Positions 20,264 to 28,571 of a stretch of DNA of 64,000 nucleotides are shown piece by piece. The DNA lies in NCBI GenBank assembly GCA_965249575.1, contig OZ252244.1, forward strand, positions 3,584,001 to 3,648,000, given 5' to 3'. Numbering within the stretch: position 1 is the first letter of the stretch; each line of letters begins with the position of its first letter. A model generated the notes under the pieces. It was not told the DNA's origin and searched no databases. It was given only the letters and a program-made list of their open reading frames with translations. The translations under genes were made by a program, and so were the position numbers. This DNA is from Gemmatimonadales bacterium (GTDB taxonomy: Bacteria > Gemmatimonadota > Gemmatimonadetes > Gemmatimonadales > GWC2-71-9).

Positions 20264-20716
20264 CTAGAAGTTCTTCTCCTCCAGCATGTTGAGCAGCTCT
20301 TCCGGTTCCGTGAGGTCGCGAAGTCGTTCTGGCACGTCGGATTCTTTGGCAAACTGAGCGATCTTGCCAAGGACCGGCAGGTATTGGTTCGAGACCTCCA
20401 GGGGCGGGGCGACGATGAGGAAGAAGTTGTATACGGGTTTGCTGTCGATCGCTTTGAAGTCGATGCCCTCCAGTTTTCGGGCAAATGCAACCCGCAGCCG
20501 GTTGGCCACGAGCGAGCGGCAGTGTGGGATGGCGATACCTCGTCCGATGCCCGTCGATCCCAGGTTCTCCCGCCGCTTGAGCATTTTGAACAGAATCCCC
20601 TCGGACTTCTCATCCAGATGGAGCAACGCGATCAACTCCTTGAGCACGTCGTCCTTCTCGCTACTCTCGAGTTGGAGCTTGATGGCTTCTGCCGAGAAGA
20701 AGTCCCTGAGATGCAT
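20264..20716 (-). CDS. PTS IIA (Ntr/Fru-type) domain protein
   Basis: RENLGSTGIGRGIAIPH motif; start MHLRDFF at 20716. Confidence 0.92.
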   Translation of the reverse strand: MHLRDFFSAEAIKLQLESSEKDDVLKELIALLHLDEKSEGILFKMLKRRENLGSTGIGRGIAIPHCRSLVANRLRVAFARKLEGIDFKAIDSKPVYNFFLIVAPPLEVSNQYLPVLGKIAQFAKESDVPERLRDLTEPEELLNMLEEKNF

Positions 20717-20818
20717 TGACCGTCCGAGGTAGTATGGTGAATGAGCCGAAACGTAATTGCGGCGTGACGAGAGTGTCAAACGGTTGTTGCCCGGTTTCGG
20801 GAGGATAATTATGTTGGC

Positions 20819-21805
20819 GTGATGGACTTCCCTTTTCCGATGTCCCACAGGGTACCTCTCGCGCTCGCTCCAATGGCGGGTATCTCGGAGGCGCCCTTCA
20901 GACGACTGTGCCGGTCGTTCGGTGCGGATCTGGTGATATCGGAGTTTCTGTCCTCCGAGGGGCTTCGCCGCGGCATCAAGAGCGTGCACGACGGTGCCTT
21001 TTTCACTGAGGCGGAGCGTCCCATCGGCATCCAGATCTATGGCGCCGATCCGGCGGCAATGGCCGAGGCAGCCGCGCTCGTGACTGACCATTACCGACCC
21101 GATTTCATCGACATCAACTTTGGATGTCCGGTCAAGAAGGTCGTCAAGCGCAACGGGGGCTCGGGGTGTCTCCGCGATGTCGGGCTGATGCAAGGAATCA
21201 TTCGGGCTGTTCGGAGCTCGACGGATCTCTCCGTAACGGTGAAGATTCGCAGCGGGTGGAACGAAGCTGGGCGCGACCCGGTGACCATTGCGTTGCGGTG
21301 CCAGGAAGCGGGCGCAGCCGTGCTGACCTTGCACCCCCGCACGCGGACTCAGATGTTCTCGGGCCGTGCCCGCTGGGACGAGATCGCCGCGATAGTGGAT
21401 GCCCTGGACATTCCCGTCATCGGAAACGGTGACATCCAAGCGGCCGAGGATGCGCTACGCATGCGTCAAGAAACGGGGTGCGCGGGTATCATGATTGCCC
21501 GCGGCTCGTTTGGGAATCCGTGGCTATTCCAGCAGACTCGCGACGCGCTGGACGGCCGCGAGCCACGGTCAGCCCCTGGGCCGGCGGAGCGCTTCCAGGT
21601 TGCCCTACGCCACGCCCGGTACGCGGTCGAGATTCAGGGAGACGATCGTCAGACGGCGGTGGAGTTCCGGAAGCATTTGGGATGGTATGTGAGGGGTCTC
21701 CCAGGAGCAAGCGAGCTGCGACGTCGCTTGCATAACGTCGAATCCGTGGCCGAGATTCAGCGGATCTTTTCGGGGTACCTGCAACCGGCCCGCGCAGTCG
21801 TGTGA
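20819..21805 (+). CDS. dusB: tRNA-dihydrouridine synthase B
   Basis: LAPMAG, INFGCPVKKV, HPRT and IGNGDI motifs. Confidence 0.93.
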   Translation: MMDFPFPMSHRVPLALAPMAGISEAPFRRLCRSFGADLVISEFLSSEGLRRGIKSVHDGAFFTEAERPIGIQIYGADPAAMAEAAALVTDHYRPDFIDINFGCPVKKVVKRNGGSGCLRDVGLMQGIIRAVRSSTDLSVTVKIRSGWNEAGRDPVTIALRCQEAGAAVLTLHPRTRTQMFSGRARWDEIAAIVDALDIPVIGNGDIQAAEDALRMRQETGCAGIMIARGSFGNPWLFQQTRDALDGREPRSAPGPAERFQVALRHARYAVEIQGDDRQTAVEFRKHLGWYVRGLPGASELRRRLHNVESVAEIQRIFSGYLQPARAVV

Positions 21806-22557
21806 ACGACGGCGGGCTCGGCCACATTCTGCAGCTGGTCGCCGCCGGAGGTCTCTCGCCGGATGACGCGCTCACGCGCCTGCGTCGGTTTCCCATCGAT
21901 CAGTTGAACTACGCGCAAGTCGACCACCTCCGCCCGATCATGCAGGGACATCCGGAAGTCGTCTTCTGTCCCGGCAAGACACCTGAGCAAGTAGTGGGAA
22001 TCTGTCGATCCCTCAGTGAGACCTACGGGTCGTTCCTGGCTACGCGCTCCGATCCGGATGTGGCGGCGGCGCTGTCGGTCGCGTTTCCGGCTGCCCAGGT
22101 CAATCCACTGGGGAAGACGGTCTACCTCCCGGGGGAGCCACCAGCTGAGATCACGGGCCGAGGGACGGTTCTGGTCGTGACGGCCGGAACGAGCGATCTG
22201 CCCACGGCGGAAGAAGCGGCAGTCGCCCTGCGCGCTATGGGAAACCGGGTCGCTCGGCTAACTGATGTTGGCGTTGCCGGGATACACCGTTTGCTCGTGC
22301 AACAGGACGCTCTCGAGGAGGCGGCCGTCGTCATCGTCGCCGCCGGGATGGACGGTGCGCTACCCAGCGTCGTCGGGGGCATGGTCGGTGTACCCGTTAT
22401 CGCCGTCCCGACCTCGGTCGGCTACGGAGCGTCCTACGGTGGTCTCGCCGCGTTGCTCGCCATGCTCAACTCGTGCGCGTCGGGGGTCGTGGTTGTGAAC
22501 ATCGACAACGGTTTCGGGGCCGCCGCGGCAGCGTCCCGCATCAATCACGCGCCATGA
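21802..22557 (+). CDS. larB: Nickel-pincer cofactor biosynthesis protein LarB (PurE-like)
   Basis: AGTSDLP, DVGVAGIHRL, AVPTSVGYGA and VVNIDNGFGA motifs. Confidence 0.9.
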   Translation: MNDGGLGHILQLVAAGGLSPDDALTRLRRFPIDQLNYAQVDHLRPIMQGHPEVVFCPGKTPEQVVGICRSLSETYGSFLATRSDPDVAAALSVAFPAAQVNPLGKTVYLPGEPPAEITGRGTVLVVTAGTSDLPTAEEAAVALRAMGNRVARLTDVGVAGIHRLLVQQDALEEAAVVIVAAGMDGALPSVVGGMVGVPVIAVPTSVGYGASYGGLAALLAMLNSCASGVVVVNIDNGFGAAAAASRINHAP

Positions 22558-23975
22558 TCGATCTTCCAGCTGTCGTCGCCTTCGTGATCGGGACCCTATT
22601 GGGGGCCGTGCTGGTCGCGTGGAGGCAACGTCGGGCCGAACAACGCGGGCCGGACGTCGTTCCCGCCGATGCGCAGCACGCAATGGAATTGTTGAGACGT
22701 GCGCATACCGCGTGGGCCACCTGTCTCGTAACTGCCCAAGGCGATCCGATCATCGCATCGGCCGAGGCCCGCCCCCACGCCGCCGTGATGGATCGCATTA
22801 TAGCGGCAGCGTGGTTGGCCAGGGGCGACGGCCGGGATCACGTGCTCAAGGAAGGGGTGGGAATCGTCGCATCGGGGAACGGCACCTTTGGGGCCGCGGT
22901 TCTGTGGTCGTGGGAAGAGGTCAAACCGGTCCAGGCGGACGCGGCGATCGCGGACCTGAAGCGGCTGGTAGCGGAGTTCAAGGTCGCGCGCATGCGGGAA
23001 CAGGCGGCACTCGCAGATCGGGGTGGGCAGGGTGGCTGGAAGGCACACGGTCCGGAGTCGGTAGAAGGCGTGACGTTCGCCCTGTGCGAGGCCGCGCGTG
23101 CCGTGAGTGATCGGCCAACGGCAGCGGTGTTCAGAGATCCGTCGTCCCAGCGGGCTACGGTCGTGGCGGTGTCTCAGGGCACTGACCGGCGGTTGATCGG
23201 GCTTGGGGCATCTGCTGAGTCCGTGGTTGGACGGGCGTGTCTCGCGGACGTTCCAATCGTCGCCAGAACACACGAGGAGTTCTTCGGCCGCTCGAGTCGG
23301 GACAGGCGCAAGAGCGAAGGGCAGGGAATAGCCTTCCCGCTCCACGATGGGAGAGAGGGCCACGGCGCTCTCGTGGTGTTCGGTCCTCCAGAGGCCCACC
23401 ATGAGACGACCATGGAGCGGCTCCACTGGCTGGTTGGCGATACTGCCCCCCGACTCGGGTCGGCAGCAGCGCTGCGGGCGGCGGAGGTTCGCTCCATGAC
23501 GGACGAGCTAACCGGGCTGCCCAATCGCCGAGCGTTAGAGCGAGCGATGACCGGAATGCGCGTCGGCCCAGCATCCCTCCTCATGGTCGATATCGATCGG
23601 TTCAAGCAGCTAAACGATGGCTTTGGGCATGCGGCTGGTGATGCGGCGCTGAAACACCTCGCCTGGATATTTCGTGGTGCCCTGCGAGACGGAAATGTTG
23701 CCGCCCGGATTGGCGGGGAGGAGTTTGCGCTCTGGCTGGCCGATACTCCCCTCGGCACGGCCGTGGAAATCGCCGAGAGGATTCGGGAGGCTACCGCCAA
23801 CGCGAAGCTGTCTTGGGCCGGGGCGGAGTTTTCCATGACCTGCTCCATCGGTGTCGCCAACGTCCCCGACACCGTTCGGGAAGTGGCCAACCTTCGGAGC
23901 GCGGCCGATGCCGCGCTGTACCGAGCGAAGGGCGCGGGTCGAAACCGGGTCGAGGTCGCGAGCAGTGGCGGTTGA
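22554..23975 (+). CDS. Membrane-anchored GAF/GGDEF diguanylate cyclase
   Basis: N-terminal TM, DELTGLPNRR, DIDRFKQLND and GGEEF motifs. Confidence 0.92.
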   Translation: MIDLPAVVAFVIGTLLGAVLVAWRQRRAEQRGPDVVPADAQHAMELLRRAHTAWATCLVTAQGDPIIASAEARPHAAVMDRIIAAAWLARGDGRDHVLKEGVGIVASGNGTFGAAVLWSWEEVKPVQADAAIADLKRLVAEFKVARMREQAALADRGGQGGWKAHGPESVEGVTFALCEAARAVSDRPTAAVFRDPSSQRATVVAVSQGTDRRLIGLGASAESVVGRACLADVPIVARTHEEFFGRSSRDRRKSEGQGIAFPLHDGREGHGALVVFGPPEAHHETTMERLHWLVGDTAPRLGSAAALRAAEVRSMTDELTGLPNRRALERAMTGMRVGPASLLMVDIDRFKQLNDGFGHAAGDAALKHLAWIFRGALRDGNVAARIGGEEFALWLADTPLGTAVEIAERIREATANAKLSWAGAEFSMTCSIGVANVPDTVREVANLRSAADAALYRAKGAGRNRVEVASSGG

Positions 23976-24001
23976 CCGCGAACGCGAACGGTCGTTAGGT
24001 T
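23972..24001 (+). promoter_or_regulatory. Candidate sigma70 promoter of ssrA
   Basis: TTGACC-N18-TAGGTT, 20 nt upstream of the tmRNA 5' end. Confidence 0.5.
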
Positions 24002-24020
24002 CAAAACATCACAAATCGTT

Positions 24021-24374
24021 GGGGGTGACTGGCTTCGACGGGTCTAGTGATGACATTGCTGCGTGTCCAGGTCCCCGGTGCCCTGGTAAAACCCACTGGG
24101 AACTTCATAACTGCCAATAACCAACTGGCACTGGCTGCTTAAGCTTCGGCTTAATGCACCTGCCTCCGTGGCAGCCCGCCTGAGGCGGCGCGGAGGTAAC
24201 GAAAAATCGGGCTGGCGTGTGGCGTCGCTTCCGCGTCCCACGTGAGATTTTAGGGAGATTGTCCGCAGGTTGGGTGGTTGCGCCCCTGCCGGCGGAGACT
24301 TTAAGCGCGACCTACGCACGTAGACGCAGTGCCGGATCGAGGCTCGGACCGGGGTTCGATTCCCCGCACCTCCA
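24021..24374 (+). ncRNA. ssrA: tmRNA; tag peptide (A)ANNQLALAA* at 24113-24142
   Basis: 5' GGGGGTG pairs with 3' CACCTCC-A, giving an Ala-type acceptor with G3:U; T-loop GGTTCGATTCC; resume context ATAACT-GCC; tag ends in ALAA; CCA not encoded. Confidence 0.97.
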
Positions 24375-24417
24375 CTGTCGTAAGTCAAACCAGTACAGTG
24401 TGATAAAGCAATCCACC

Positions 24418-24473
24418 TCATGTGGAAACCTATGTGCCTGTCGTGATAAGAGAGCACATGGTTTTCCACATGA
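24418..24473. repeat. 20-bp imperfect inverted repeat just 3' of tmRNA
   Basis: TCATGTGGAAACCTATGTGC ...16 nt... GCACATGGTTTTCCACATGA (18/20 complementary). Confidence 0.8.
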
Positions 24474-24569
24474 CCCCCCAGCCATGCGAAGCGTCGAGGC
24501 GTTCTGCGTCAATCATCCTCGATTGGTGGGAGCCCACATTGCATTTTGACCAACGTGAGCATTCCGCTA

Positions 24570-24889
24570 GGGCGCGGGAGGGCTACTGCATCTTCACCGA
24601 CAGCGTGATGGAGATGCTGCAAGATGCGCGTCTGGACTGGAAGACCAAGGAACTGCTGATCCTGAAAGCCACCCACCGCAACGAATGTCAGTACTGTGTG
24701 GTCCAACACGAGACTGTTTCCCAGCGACTCGGCATCACCTGGGAGAAGATCGCGGATATCGAGGACGATCGCTACAAGACGAGCCCTCACTATACGGAGG
24801 GTGAGAAGGCCCTGGTCGAGCTGACCCACCAGATTGGTGTGGACGCTAATCGAATCTCGAACGACCTGTGGTCCCGAGTCAAAGAACAC
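24570..24889 (+). pseudogene. Carboxymuconolactone decarboxylase/AhpD-like fragment, truncated at the 3' end and probably the 5' end
   Basis: LDWKTKELLILK...NECQYCVVQH (CxxC...H), EKALVE and LWSRVKEH, then runs into the TonB-receptor copy. Confidence 0.7.
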
Positions 24890-25389
24890 CGGGAACGAAC
24901 CGGAGCACGTCCTTGAAGTTCGCCTGCCGGGTCCGGCGAAGCTCTTCGGGCTCGATGAGTTTGACCGAGCCCGGTATCAAGCGGATCTGTTCCCGAACCT
25001 CGGCAAGATCCTCGGCGCTTCCGATGACCGTCAGCTCGCCCAATCGAACGGCCCGGGGGGTGAGAACGAGTTCCAGAGACGTTCCTGCTTCTCGGGTGAG
25101 GGTTAGTTCAGTGACCGATGGCGCATACCCAACCCGGCGGGCGAGGATGCGGTAGGTCGCCGTGGGAACTCCCCGCAGCTCGAACCGACCACCCTGATCG
25201 GACTCAGCCCGCCGCTCAGTTCCTTCGAGAATCACAAGAACGCCTTGGACCGGCTGGCCGGTCGGTGTCACAACCCGTCCGTCGATGGTCCCGGATTCCT
25301 GGGAAAGGCAAGGGGGTGCCGTGGAGACGAGCAACAGCGCGACGAGACCGAAAGATGTCAGTACAGATGGGATGATGCGTCGCCGGCGA
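24886..25389 (-). repeat. 504-bp direct copy of the 5' part of the TonB-dependent receptor gene (49071-49574)
   Basis: Base-by-base identity at offset 24185 except T25358 vs C49543. Confidence 0.97.
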
Positions 25390-25575
25390 TGGGTCCGCCT
25401 GCCGCGCGGATCCCCAGTGACATCTGCTCGTTGTATTCACTCGCCTTGTCGAGCGTGGCGTTGAAGAACTTGCCCTCTCTGTAAGCGCGGTACTCGACGT
25501 CCCCCGATGCAGGATACCGATTGACGTGTACCGAGAAGACGTTCATGAACACCGAAATCCGAATCGCCGGACCAC
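25388..25575 (-). repeat. 188-bp direct copy of an internal segment of psd (60608-60795)
   Basis: Identity at offset 35220 except A25511 vs G60731. Confidence 0.97.
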
Positions 25576-25791
25576 CAACGCCCGCATCCGCACCAGCCTG
25601 GAGGCCGAGCCGGGTTTTTTGTTCCCCGGAGTTCGCTTGTAACCGACGCGTTCTTCCTCGCCTACGGCGGGCTCCACTGGAGCTATTCCGAAACCCGCGC
25701 GCTGCCGCTTCGCGTCCGCCACGAGTTCGTGGAGCCGTTGGAGCGGCAGCTTGATTTTGAGCGCGAGCAGCTGGAACGGACACGAACGTGA
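25576..25791 (+). pseudogene. 3' remnant of a phage tail assembly chaperone (G/GT type) with -1 frameshift extension
   Basis: Frame 0 ends ...[17 protein letters not shown] (25642); slippery G GGT TTT at 25612-25618; the -1 frame reads [38 protein letters not shown]...* and its TGA overlaps the tape-measure GTG. Confidence 0.8.
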
Positions 25792-28145
25792 ACGAAGATC
25801 TCGGACTCGGCGTCGTCGTCTCAATGAAGGACGCGTTCTCGCAGAACGCGGGCCGCGTCGAGGGCTCTATGCGCTCGCTCGACTCGACGGTGGCCGCCTC
25901 CTCCGAGCGCATGACGCGCAACATGGACCGCATCCAGCAGGGCGCCATGATGATGGGCGCGGGCCTGGCGCTGATGGCCCTGCCCGTGGGCCTGGTCGCC
26001 TCCACCGCCGCGACCCAGAAGGCGCTCGGCGAGCTGTCCTCGCTCGGGGTCAAGGACCTGCGGGCCATCGAGGATGCGGCCGAAGCCTTCACCAACACCT
26101 GGGCGGGATCGGGCAAAGCGGAGTTCATCACCGCGTCTTACGACGTGCGCTCGGCGCTCTCGGGCCTGACCGACGAGGCGGTGGGGTCGTTCACCGCCAT
26201 GGCCGCGCTTACCGGCAAAGCCACCAAGGCCACCACCGAAGAGATGGTCGGCACGTTCACCACGGCCTACGGCATCTTCAAGCCGATCATGGCGGAGCTC
26301 TCCGACGCCGAGTGGGCGCGCACCTTCGCCGGCGCCATGGCCCAGACCGTGGCGTCGTTCAAAACCAACGGCCGCCAGATGGCCGACGCGATCAAGAACA
26401 TCGGCGCGGTGGCCGCCTCGTCCAACGTGCCCCTCGAGGAGCAGCTCGCCATCCTCGGCCAGCTGCAGACCACCATGCCCGGCTCCGAGGCCGGCACGCT
26501 CTACAAGGCCTTCATCATGAAGGCGGCCGAGGCCGGCGAGAAGCTGGGCCTCGAGCTGGTAGATACGAGCGGCCGGCTCAAGGGCATCATCCCCATCCTC
26601 CAGGAAATCCAGGGCCGGTTCCCGGACCTCTCCCAGGCCGCAGCGCAAGTCGAGATCAAGAAGGCCTTCGGCTCGGACGAGGCGGTCAAGTTCCTGCTGC
26701 AGATGTCGCAGGGCGTGGGTGCGCTCGAGACCAACATCCGCTCGGTCGAGCGTGCCATGCGCACCGGGACCGCTGTGACCGAGGAGATGACGCGGTCCAT
26801 GAACCTCGACATCGGGGCGCGGCTCAAGCTCGTCGGTCAGCAGATGGGCAACCTTGCCGAGATTCTGGGGCGCACCCTGTTGCCGGTGGTGACGCCGCTC
26901 CTCGACGCCTTCGGTCGGGTGATTGTGTTCTTCCAGGACCTCGCTCGCTCCGCTCCGGGGCTCGTCCGCGTGCTGCTGACGCTGTCGATTACGCTCGGCG
27001 CTGTGCTCACCGTCGTGGGCAGCGTGATCGCGGCCGCCGGGACCATTGGACTGCTGCTGCCGGCGATCAAGGCCGGGCTCGCCGCCATGGGCGCGGCTCT
27101 GGCCGGGCTCGGCACGGCCTTCGCCACCTACTTCTTGCCGGTCGTCGCCATCATCGGCGGGGTGGTGCTGGCCGTTTACCTGCTGAAAAAAGCCTGGGAC
27201 ACCAACTTCGGCGGTATCCGCGACGCGATTCTCAGCGTATGGGATCGCATCAAGCTTGTCTTCTCAGGCATCCGCGCGTTGATCGCGTCGCTTACCGGCG
27301 GTATGGGCGAGATGTTCGCCGATCTCGCCGGCAAGCTCGAGCAGGTTGGCCTGCTGGGGCTGGTGGTGACGGTGTTCCGCGTCTACTACCGTGTGCGGCA
27401 GTTCCTAGCCGGGCTGCGCGACGCATTCGCCAGTGCGTTCGAACAAATCCGAACGATCATCGAGCCGCCCGTGCGCGCGCTCGTCGCGGCCTTCGGCCGG
27501 CTCTTCCAGGCTCTCGGCTCCCTCGTGGGCATCTTCTCCCTTGCCTCGGACTCCGCCGACGCGTCGGCGTATCAAACTCTGGGCGCCACCCTCGGCACCG
27601 TCCTCGGCGTCATCGCCAAGATCGCAGCCTTCCTCCTCAAGTTCGTGGTCTACGGACTGGTGGGAGCGATCGAAGTGATCGCCTGGGTGGTGGGCGCATT
27701 CGCCCGGAGCCGCATCACCACGACGGCCGCCGGCGTCTGGAGCGGCCTTCAATCCATGGCCCAAAGCGCGGGGCAATGGATGCAGGCGCCCTTCGCGGGC
27801 CTGGCCACGGCCGCATCGTCGGCCTGGAACCGGGTGAAAGCCGCAGCCTCCGGCGCCTGGGAGGCGGTCGGGTCCAAGGTCGCCGGCCTCGCCCGCACGG
27901 CAGCAGCGAGTGGACAGGCCATACGCACCACCGCCGCCGGCGGATCGTCGCTTTTCGAAAAGCTGGCGAGCGGGATCGCCCAGGCGTTCCAGACTCTACC
28001 GGCGCGTGCTGGTCGCGGCGTCGGTGCACGGCGTGCGCGAGTTCGCCTGGGTCTACACGGTCGAGGCGACCGGCATCAAACGGCGCCGGATCGTGTCCGG
28101 CCGCTGACCGGAATAACACCTCCCGATACACCAAGGCCGACGTAG
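25788..28145 (+). pseudogene. Phage tail tape-measure protein (TP901-like core), C-terminus lost at ~27995
   Basis: Long Ala/Gly-rich helical protein with 'LEEQLAILGQL...GSEAGT' core, hydrophobic segments and W-spaced repeats; follows the chaperone; last ~50 codons are out-of-frame foreign sequence. Confidence 0.85.
27994..28116 (+). pseudogene. C-terminal fragment of a gamma-glutamylcyclotransferase (AIG2-like) protein
   Basis: LYRRVLV...AWVY...IVSGR*PE*, resembling the GGCT C-terminus Y-x-R...AWVY...I-x-SG-x-W, with TGA in the expected Trp position. Confidence 0.55.
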
Positions 28146-28168
28146 GTCGACGCCCCCGGTGAGAATTC

Positions 28169-28198
28169 TTGACGGGAGTCCCTGCCAATGTTTACCTT
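28169..28198 (+). promoter_or_regulatory. Candidate promoter for the HTH-hsd operon
   Basis: TTGACG-N18-TACCTT in an AT-rich gap. Confidence 0.4.
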
Positions 28199-28251
28199 TT
28201 TTTGGATATATCTGGTAAGATCAACCCAGAAATGTCCGCACGGGAGTAGCT

Positions 28252-28488
28252 ATGGCGAACCAGGACGACATCCTCACCCTCCCCGAGGTCGCTGGCCTGC
28301 TCAAGGTAGCGGAGAAAACGGTGTACGGCCTCGCTCAGAAGGGCGACTTGCCTGCATTCAAGGTCGGGGGCCAATGGCGGTTTCGTCGAACGGCTATCGA
28401 TTCCTGGATCGAGGAGAAAACCGGGGCTGCCGGGGCGCAGACCTCCAGCAAGCGCGCGAAACTCTCCAACGCCGACGAGGAAGGCTGA
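28252..28488 (+). CDS. Excisionase-family (MerR-like/HTH_17) DNA-binding protein
   Basis: ILTLPEVAGLLKVAEKTVYGLAQKGDLPAFKVGGQWRF. Confidence 0.9.
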   Translation: MANQDDILTLPEVAGLLKVAEKTVYGLAQKGDLPAFKVGGQWRFRRTAIDSWIEEKTGAAGAQTSSKRAKLSNADEEG

Positions 28489-28571
28489 TGGCCCTGAAGC
28501 AATCGAAACTCTACTCGTCGCTGGGGCAGAGCTGCGACGAACTGAGCGATGGCATGCAAGACTATCCATGA
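28488..28571 (+). pseudogene. 27-codon N-terminal relic of a different HsdM
   Basis: MALKQSKLYSSLGQSCDELSDGM resembles the common HsdM N-terminus MA(I/L)KKSELYSSLWxSCDELRGGM; its start overlaps the HTH stop (TGATG). Confidence 0.7.

Noticed and set aside
24886..25575. Captured fragments as a CRISPR-like or integron-like array
   Set aside because: No repeats or attC sites separate the fragments, their lengths are unequal (504 and 188 bp), and no cas or integrase gene is present
24886..25575. DGR template/variable repeat pairs
   Set aside because: Only one mismatch per pair, no adenine-specific pattern, and no reverse transcriptase in the window
25576..28145. Functional tailocin or contractile injection system
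   Set aside because: No sheath, tube, baseplate or spike genes; both chaperone and tape measure are truncated
25751..28162. 803-aa alternate-frame ORF over the tape-measure gene, and other long shadow ORFs (13657-15474, 28895-30643, 38222-39505)
   Set aside because: Arg/Gly/His-rich shadows typical of high-GC codon bias, overlapping well-supported genes
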